Shown: piece by piece, positions 53,912-64,000 of the stretch
Layout of the letters: the number at the start of each line of letters is the position of its first letter
Position numbering within the stretch: the first letter of the stretch is position 1
NCBI GenBank assembly: GCA_964016885.1
Contig: OZ024750.1
Span: 51,770,001 to 51,834,000, forward strand
DNA: 64,000 nucleotides
Direction: 5' to 3'
From: Eledone cirrhosa
Taxonomy: Eukaryota
Position numbers and translations under genes: made by a program
The notes under the pieces: model-generated
What the model saw: the letters and a program-made list of their open reading frames with translations, nothing else
Database searches by the model: none
Told to the model about the DNA's origin: nothing

Positions 53912-55822
53912 GTACATACGCACACACACACACACGTATACATACATAAGTACATACACACATACACACTCAGGCACATACACACACACGCATACACACA
54001 CACGTATATATACATAAGTATACACACACACACGTATACATACATACGTACATAAGTACATACATACACACTCACACACACATACACACACACACACTTA
54101 CGTATACATACATACGTATACACATACATACACACACACACACACTTACGTATACATACATACGTATACACATACATACACACACACACACGTATACATA
54201 CGTACATAAGTGCATACATACATACACACAGACACACACACTACGTATACATACATAAGTACATACGTACACACACACACATACGTATACATACATACGT
54301 ATACACATACATACACACACATACACACACATACACGTATACATACATACGTATACACATACATACATACACACACATACACACACATACACGCACACAT
54401 ACGTATACATACATACGTAGACACATACATACATACACACACATACACACACACACACGTATACATACATACGTATACACATACATACACACACATACAC
54501 ACACACACACACGTATACATACATACGTATACACATACATACATACACACACACACACACACTTACGTATACATACATACGTATACACATACATACACAC
54601 ACATACACACACACACACGTATACATACATACGTATACACATACACACATACGTATATATACATACATATACACATACATACACACACACACACGTATAC
54701 ATACATACGTATACACATACACACATACGTATATATACATACGTATACACATACATACACACACATACACACACAAACACGTATACATACATACGTATAC
54801 ACATACATACACACACATACACACACACACACGTATACATACATACGTATACACATACACACATACGTATACACATACATACACACACACACACGTATAC
54901 ATACATACGTATACACATACACACATACGTATATATACATACGTATACACATACATACACACACATACACACACAAACACGTATACATACATACGTATAC
55001 ACATACATACACACACATACACACACACACGTATACATACATACGTATACACATACACACATACGTATACACATACATACACACACATACACACACACAC
55101 ACGTATACATACATACGTATACACATACACACATACGTATATATACATACGTATACACATACATACACACACATACACACACACACACACAAACGTATAC
55201 ATACATACGTATACACATACACACACACACACGTATACATACATACGTATACACATACACACACACACACACGTATACATACATACGTATACACATACAC
55301 ACACACACACGTATACATACATACGTATACACATACACACATACGTATATATACATACGTATACACATACATACACACACATACACACACACACACACGT
55401 ATACATACATACGTATACACATACACACATACGTATATATACATACGTATACACATACATACACACACACACACACACACACGTATACATACATACGTAT
55501 ACACATACACACACACACACGTATACATACATACGTATACACATACACACACACACGTATACATACGTATACACATACACACACACACACACGTATACAT
55601 ACACACGTATACACATACACACACACACGTATACATACATACGTATACACATACACACACACACACGTATACATACATACGTATACACATACACACACAC
55701 ATACACGTATACATACATACGTATACACATACACACACGTATACATACATACGTATACACATACACACACACACACACGTATACATACATACGTATACAC
55801 ATACGTATACACATACGTATAT
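53912..55822. repeat. Compound (CA)n/(TACA)n/cgtata satellite
   Basis: Repeating acgtatacatacatacgtatacacatac units. Confidence 0.9.
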
Positions 55823-56104
55823 ATCCATTACAGCGATGACAATGTTGACTGGGAATGGAACACCCGAAGCCGAAACTTATGGGAAACCAATGACTGATTT
55901 GATAAACAGAGAAATAATGAGATATATTAGAGAGGGGGGGGGGAAGAAGTGGTGAGAGGGGGAGGGCGGGAGAGGGAGAGGCGGTGGAGAGGGGGGAGGA
56001 GATAATGAGATAAAGAGATAATGAGATAAAGAGATAATGAGATAACGACAAAGAGGGGCAGACAGAAACATGCGCATAGAAATATGTGGCTGTCTACATA
56101 TATG

Positions 56105-56136
<32 letters not shown>

Positions 56137-56158
56137 CATATATATATGTATATAGATA

Positions 56159-56245
<87 letters not shown>

Positions 56246-56332
56246 AGATCAGTTTTAAATCAACATATATGATATGTTGATTTAAAACTGCACTATCCAC
56301 AAGTGTTTTTTAGCCTTCATATCATGTTCTCC

Positions 56333-56403
56333 TGTTTTATCTGATGAAAACACAAATATTATTGCATGATGATGTTTGTTTTTGAAATGCGCATAATAAA
56401 ATA
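56333..56403 (+). ncRNA. Hammerhead motif, second H1 copy, inside the (TA)n-flanked cassette 56240-56440
   Basis: tgttttat-CTGATGA(56341-47)...GAAA(56384-87)-TGCGCA-TA|ataaaata; the cassette is near-identical to 1-170. Confidence 0.8.
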
Positions 56404-56433
56404 CATGGAACTCCTTTAACCATCTTTTGATCT

Positions 56434-56474
<41 letters not shown>

Positions 56475-56753
56475 CATATATATATACAACTGGCTATCCG
56501 CAAAATACGTATAGTTAGCACCCCAAACGTATAATTGGGATTATACTAAGGTATATCCTAATGTTTGTTGAGTGAGACGGAAGCTTTCTCTGTTAATGTA
56601 TTAAATATATATATATGTGTGTATATATATAAATATATGTGTGTATATATATAAATATATATATGTGTGTATATATATAAATATATGTGTATATATATAA
56701 ATATATATATATATATATGTTGTTTATTACAAAACAGGTCTTATGCTGTTTAT

Positions 56754-56816
<63 letters not shown>

Positions 56817-56819
<3 letters not shown>

Positions 56820-57035
56820 AAGGCGTGTGGCTGAGTGGTTAGAGAATTGGATTCGCAATCGTGAAGTTGTGAGTTCGATTCCTGGACCAGGCGATGCGTT
56901 ATGTCCTTGAGCAAGACACTTTATTTCACGTTGCTCCTTCTACCTGGAGTTGCGACCGATAGATAGTATTAGCAATTGGAAAGACCAACGGAAACATTGT
57001 TCCCTCGGTCCGATTTGACGAAAGTGGATCGCTTA
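56817..57035 (+). mobile_element. tRNA-derived SINE family B
   Basis: A box tggctgagtgg, B box gttcgattcc, core tgtccttgagcaagacactt. Confidence 0.85.
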
Positions 57036-57041
57036 AAAAAA

Positions 57042-57107
<66 letters not shown>

Positions 57108-57226
57108 GTTATATTTAATTTGTTGGGATACAACAAGCAAAATATATCTATCCAGGAGATTCCAACCAGAATGGTTGCATTTTTTCAGGGTATGTCAATA
57201 TTTATTTATAAAACTAATCTATATTA

Positions 57227-57292
57227 TATTTTATCTGATGAAAGCGCACAATAATTTGCCTTCGTGGCCCTTGAAATATGTATAATGAAATA
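57227..57292 (+). ncRNA. Hammerhead motif (family H4)
   Basis: tattttat-CTGATGA(57235-41)-aagcgcac/gtggccctt-GAAA(57273-76)-tatgta-TA|atgaaata. Confidence 0.65.
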
Positions 57293-57358
57293 AATATGGT
57301 TTTATAAATCTAGTTTCCATTTGTTAATATATTTTATATATCTATATATCTATATATC

Positions 57359-57399
<41 letters not shown>

Positions 57400-57414
57400 C
57401 TGTGTGTGTGTGTG

Positions 57415-57486
<72 letters not shown>

Positions 57487-57493
57487 TATATAC

Positions 57494-57524
<31 letters not shown>

Positions 57525-57543
57525 CACGTATATTTATATATAT

Positions 57544-57699
<156 letters not shown>

Positions 57700-57839
57700 A
57701 TGGAATAAATCTAGTTTTTTTCAAATCCCGTCGTTCTTTGACAGTTGTGGTTTTGAAATCCCTCGTTAAGTTACGCCTGAAATTTGGATGAATTAACATT
57801 TGTTTAGTAAAACATGAGTGCATGTTTGAATGTTGAGTG

Positions 57840-58452
57840 CAGTGGAACCTCTATTCCCGAACACCTCCATTCCCTAACACCTCCATTCCCGAATACCTCC
57901 ATTCCCGAACACCTCCATTCCCGAACACCTCCATTCCCGAACACCTCCATTCCCGAAACACCTCCATTCCCGAAACACCTCCATTCCCGAAACACCTCCA
58001 TTCCCGAACACCTCTATTCCCGAACACCTCCATTCCCGAACACCTCTATTCCCGAACACCTCTATTCCCGAACACCTCCATTCCCGAACACCTCCATTCC
58101 CGAACACCTCCATTCCCGAAACACCTCCATTCCCGAACACCTCTATTCCCGAACACCTCCATTCCCGAAACACCTCCATTCCCGAACACCTCTATTCCCG
58201 AACACCTCCATTCCCGAAACACCTCCATTCCCGAACACCTCCATTCCCGAAACACCTCCATTCCCGAACACCTCCATTCCCGAAACACCCGTCACGAACA
58301 AATCGGTTCACGATTTTTCCGAGCATAAAACGTCTCGGTTCACGACCGGTGTCTCAAGTAACAAACACGCAAGCCAGTTACAACGGCTAGCAACGAGCTC
58401 GGAGTATCGGCGAGAAAGCATCACTTGGTGCTAGTTAGTTACTATGGTGATC

Positions 58453-58512
<60 letters not shown>

Positions 58513-58667
58513 ACTCTCTCTCTCACTCACTCTCTCTCTCTCTCTCACTCTCTCTCACTCTCTCTCACTCTCTCTCTCACTGTATTTCTTTCTCAACTTC
58601 TCAACGATACGTATGGGAAAATAGTTTCGGCTTACGAACATTTCGAGTGACGAACGGCCTTCAACTG
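57840..58667. mobile_element. pogo/Tigger-like MITE with an internal 16-17-bp tandem array (57846-58288)
   Basis: Begins cagtggaacctc and ends ttcaactg-ta; unit acacctccattcccga(a). Confidence 0.55.
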
Positions 58668-59491
58668 TATGTGTATTGTAGATGTGTGCGTGCATGTGTA
58701 TGTTTACGTCTGTGTATGTGTGCGTGTTTGTGCATGTGTATGTATGTGTGTGTGTGCCTGTGTGTGTGTATATGTACGTGCATGTGCATGTGTGTATGTG
58801 TGTGTGTGTATATGTACGTGTATGTGTACATGTGTATGTGTGTGTGTGTGTATGTTGTAGGCGCAATATACCGTCAAGTTATATTGTTATGGTTTTTTCC
58901 CCTCTCTCTCCCTCCCTTTCTCTCTCTCTCTCTCTCTCTCTCCCTTTCTCTCTCTCTCTCTCTCCCTCCCTTTCTCCCTTTCTCTCTCTCTCTCTCTCTC
59001 TTCACTTTTGTTTCTTATTCATAAGGGGTATTCTATATCTCACCCAATTGTTCAAGGCTTACCAGCTCTACACGGACGTTAGATATATAATAAATATATG
59101 ATTTACTAAGTATGGGCCAGTCACCTCACCCTTCGTATTGCAGGTTCCTCACACAGTTAAACACTGGATAGGAGATAAAGTCACCCTGACACTAAATTTA
59201 AGGGGGGGGGATTAACTATTGACAGGATTCCTGGGGGCAGGGAGGGGATGGACGGAGACACAGGGAAGGATAAAAAGTGACAATGAAAATGAAGGATGAA
59301 TGAAGGGAAGTAGGTGGTGGGGGGGGGGGGGGTATGAGACAGAAGAAATTCCAGATTAACAAACCTCTGGATCAGCCCTAAACAATATCTGTAGAGAGAG
59401 GCAGGTTTATGAACTACTCGAAAGATAGGGGGGGGGGCAACAGAGGAGAAAATAATTTATTCAGAGAAACATTGGACTGCAGCGAGGGGCG

Positions 59492-59576
<85 letters not shown>

Positions 59577-59721
59577 ACAATGTTTAACCCCGACGGCAGA
59601 GCTCAAGCCGTTTCGACGGCTCTAGAAGTAATATTAATAACTCCAGAAAACCTCTTTCTAGAGTGCTTCTAATCTATTGTGAAACTTTATTCATTGATGA
59701 ATTTATTGAACCTTGTTAAAC

Positions 59722-60048
<327 letters not shown>

Positions 60049-60321
60049 TATATTTTGCTCTGGTACTTACATAGAGCACTCTTCACTCCTATGACTTTTT
60101 CAATTTTCAACGGACACTCTATCTCAAAATTATTTTTGAAAAGCATTTAGAAATGCACAACCGGTAAAAACTTAAAAACTTAAAACCACAACTGAATACT
60201 AACCCATACAATCACTAATACTCTTTTATTCCTAATTAAACCATTTTTCAACTGTGAACAATTTGTCAGCATTTTCTATTCCGTTTACCAATATATAATA
60301 ACTTGTGTGTTACACCTCTAT

Positions 60322-60385
<64 letters not shown>

Positions 60386-60442
60386 GATAAAAAAATATCG
60401 TTATAGGTAATCCAGTTAGAGGTTGTATATAGATATATATAT

Positions 60443-60478
<36 letters not shown>

Positions 60479-60606
60479 GTATATATGTAGACGGAGTGTC
60501 CATGTCAAGAATGCCTTTGATCTTAAGGGGGGGGTCGATCATGGCTGACATTATTGGTTCACATGAGCTACACCACCACCAACAGCAATAACAACAACAG
60601 TAGCAA

Positions 60607-60702
<96 letters not shown>

Positions 60703-61109
60703 ATGGCTTCTAATGGAGACACAAAGCCAGTAAATAGGGGAAAGTGGAACAGTTGATTACATGGACCTCAGTTTCTTACTGGTATTTATTTCATTGACCC
60801 TGGAAAAATAAAAAGTTGAACACGGCCGAGGATTGAACTGAGAACGCAAGAGGCAGTAAATTAGGGGACTCAAAATACTTTGTCTAACGCTCTACCGATT
60901 CAATAATTCTATCACTTTAACAACAACAACAACAGCAGCAATAACAATAATAACAACAACAATAATAACAACAACAATAACAACAATAACAACAATAACA
61001 ACAACAACAATAACAACAATCACAACAACAACAACAACAACAATAACAACAATCACAACAACAACAATAACAGCAACAGCAACAACAGCAATAACAACAA
61101 TAATAACAA

Positions 61110-61325
61110 TTTCTAATTTAAGATGCAGGCCTAACATTTGTGAAGGGGGGGGGGATCGATTATATTGACACCAGTACGTAACTGGTACTCGGTGTTATCA
61201 ACCCCACAAGGATGAAAGACAAGATTGACCTCAGCGGGATTTGAACAATGTGTGACAAAGACCATCAATAAATGCGGCGAAACATTTTGTCCGACGTTCT
61301 ACCGGTTCTGTAAACCCACCGCCGT
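61110..61325 (-). mobile_element. Diverged SINE A (another old copy at 60710-60905)
   Basis: aaggatgaaag..gacctcagcgggatttgaac core. Confidence 0.7.
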
Positions 61326-61349
61326 TAGAACAGAACAACAATAACAACG

Positions 61350-62353
61350 ATTTCATTTATTAGCCACAAGGGCCGACATGTAGGGGACAATACAAAGACA
61401 GGGACAGTGGGGGGGGGGTTACAATAAGGTCGAGTAAAAGTGCACAATGGCAAGACTAATTTAACAATGAAAATATAAAAATATGAAATAAACTATGCAT
61501 AAATATAACAAAATAAATTCCCTGATAGGGGGTGGACGACCTTGGGATGACTCAGGTACCCACCAAACCTGAACCACCCTGCGCTTCTAGGGCACCCAGA
61601 GAGAGCACCCCTCTCCTCAAGTTAGCTAGCCTATAGGCGCATGGTCAGAGTAGGCCCATTCATACGGGCCATTCTCGCTACATTCATCCACCTTTTAGCA
61701 AATGTACTGGGGGCAGCACTTCTCTCTCCACCCTCACCGTCCTTTCCAGGTGAAACTTGAAGAAGTTGATGAGGGATTGGCCGAAGAGAAAAGTGTCTGT
61801 CTTCAGTCCTTTTAACCTGGTCCACCATATAACCTCTTTCGCAACTGCCACCAGACAGAGGAACATTTCCTGCTCTTCCTGACCTAAGGAAGGCGGCGGG
61901 TCGATCTTCACTATGGACTCGGCCGATAGCCGGATTCGTTCCACACGCGACAGTAGGTGTTCGAAATAACTCCACAAGTCAGTAATGCACGGACACTGGA
62001 CAAGTGCGTGCAGAACGGTTTCGTCGCTCTGTGCGCATCTTGGACAGGTCCGTCTGACAGCACTTCCCTGCCTGTAGAGTTTATCCCGAACATGCAGTTC
62101 CCCCCACCCACCCCCCACCCCCACCGGTAGCACTGCCAAGCGAGGGATTTCTAGAAATTGTCCATCGACCCCGGCTCGAAAGTCCTCCGGTACAGACTGG
62201 TCAGTTCGACTCCGTCGAGGCCCAAAGCTTCTCCGAGTGTGTTATCGCACTTGCCCACCACTGATCCTCTATAGAAGTCGAGAGTTTGAAGTTCCACTGA
62301 TCACATTGCCCGCTTGGTAGAGGGCAGTGAGTGCCTGGCAATATTCCAGATGC
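61350..62353 (-). mobile_element. Second L1/Tx1-clade LINE remnant of the same family
   Basis: CPRCAQSDETVLHALVQCP..VAKEVIWWTR; shares the 3' terminus gtggctaataaat. Confidence 0.8.
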
Positions 62354-62412
62354 CACGACGACAATAACAACAACAATAACAACAACAATAACGACGACAA
62401 TAACAACAACAA

Positions 62413-62594
62413 TAATTGTTTCTACTTTTGGCACAAGGCCAGCAATCCCCAGTACATTACTGGTACTTTATTTTATCGACCCCGTAAGGATGAAAGCAAA
62501 GTGAACCTCGGCGGGATTTGAACTCAGACCGTAAAGCGACGAAACTATGCTGCAAAGCATGGCGTCCGACCCTCTAGCGATACTGCCAATTCAC
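62413..62594 (-). mobile_element. SINE A inside an (AAC/AAT)n tract just downstream of FABP exon 1
   Basis: Reverse-complement match to the family. Confidence 0.85.
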
Positions 62595-62917
62595 AACAAT
62601 AATAACAACAATAATAACAACAATAACAGCAGCAATAATGACAACAATAACAACAACAATAACAACACAATAACAACAACAATAACAACAACAATAACAA
62701 CAACAATAACAACAACAATAACAACAGCAATAACAACAACAATAACAACAACGATAACAACAACAATAACAACAACAATAACAACAACAATAACAACACA
62801 ATAACAACAACAATAACAACAACAATAACAACAACAATAACAACAGCAATAACAACAACAATAACAACAACAATGACAACAGCAATAATGACAGTAACGA
62901 AAAGAGGCCCCGTTTAC

Positions 62918-62999
62918 CTGTGGCGTCCATAAATGCCTCGAAACCTTCTGGCAATTCCTCGCCTTGTTTCCATTTTCCACGGAAAAGATCGATCGACAT
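62918..62999 (-). CDS. FABP/iLBP-like gene, coding exon 1 (MSIDLFRGKWKQGEELPEGFEAFMDAT-G)
   Basis: ATG in aaacATG context; GxW motif and F-x-x-F-M-x-A-x-G typical of the FABP N-terminus; ends in phase 1 within the Gly codon at G|gtaaac, the conserved FABP intron-1 position. Confidence 0.88.
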
Positions 63000-64000
63000 G
63001 TTTGCTAGTTCGATTTCCTTTCGATTCACCAAATAATTTTTTTTTTTTTAAATGAATGAATCTATATTTAAAGATGACTGAAAACTTGCTGAAGTTAAAT
63101 CTCCGTTCTCGTCCTGTTGTTGTGTGGTGTAGATGTTGTTGCTGTGGTGGCTGTTGTTATGTCACGAAATACATGAATCGATATGTATATAGTGTCTGAT
63201 ATCAACGTATTTTTTGTTGTGGTTGTTGTGGTTGTTGTATTGGTATGGTTGTCGTGGTTGTTGTGGTTGTTGTATTGGTGGTGGTTGTTGTGGTGTGGTT
63301 GTTGTGGGTTTGGGATACGATCGTTTGTTATGCAGAAGACACAGCAGGCAATATGCTGAGCGGGCGCAGTTGGGATAAATGTGAAGCGAGTGCAAAGGTT
63401 TGTTATGTTGTAGTGAAGAAGATAGAGGAGGAAGGAGAGATGGAGATGGGGATGGGGGGAGGGGGCGTGGCGCGGTGGGAGAGAAAGGAGGTGAGCGGAC
63501 AGACAGACAGGCGCAGACAAGCACACACACTCACGCACACACAGGCACACACACACATTTAGTCATATACACACTACATAAATATGCACACATATACACA
63601 GACACTTACATATACACACATATAGACAGACACTCAGACATACACACATAAAGACACACACTCACACATACACACATAAAGACACACACTCACACATACA
63701 CACATAAAGACAGACACTCACACACACATATAGACAGACACTCACACATACACACATATAGACAGATACTCACACATACACACATAAAGACACATACTCA
63801 CACACACATATAGACAGACACACACACACACACACATAAAGACAGACACTCACACAAACACACATATAGACAGACACACATATACACAGACACTTACACA
63901 TACACACATATAGACAGACACTCACACATACACACATAAAGACACACACTCACACATACACACATAAAGACACACACTCACACATACACAGATAAAGACA

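Noticed and set aside
56820-56890. Possible tRNA gene
   Set aside because: A/B boxes continue into a SINE body; it is a tRNA-derived head
62574-63032. ORF-track start MVNRKEIELAN and poly-Leu/Cys extension
   Set aside because: The upstream start is GTG; the real exon begins at ATG 62999 and ends at the donor at 62917

Overview
AT-rich, microsatellite-saturated eukaryotic DNA. The repeat content is most consistent with an octopus or other coleoid cephalopod genome (inference). Nearly all long ORFs in the track are simple-repeat artefacts. One real protein-coding gene can be assembled by hand and is mostly missed by the ORF track: a 4-exon, 140-aa fatty-acid-binding-protein (FABP/iLBP)-like gene on the minus strand (62999->35460). 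The rest is tRNA-derived SINEs, non-autonomous Helitrons, piggyBac/hAT/pogo-type MITEs, decayed hAT, L1/Tx1 and RLE-type non-LTR remnants, several large minisatellites (one amplified out of a SINE) and a 200-N gap. The most notable signal is a dense set of about 15 minimal type I hammerhead-ribozyme motifs from several sequence families. They sit in short cassettes, often fold-back palindromes, inserted in (TA)n microsatellites, the signature of Penelope-like/retrozyme-like elements. They include compensatory U3-A8 cores and position-4 variants, and several are sense to the FABP pre-mRNA. All structures were folded by eye and none is experimentally validated.
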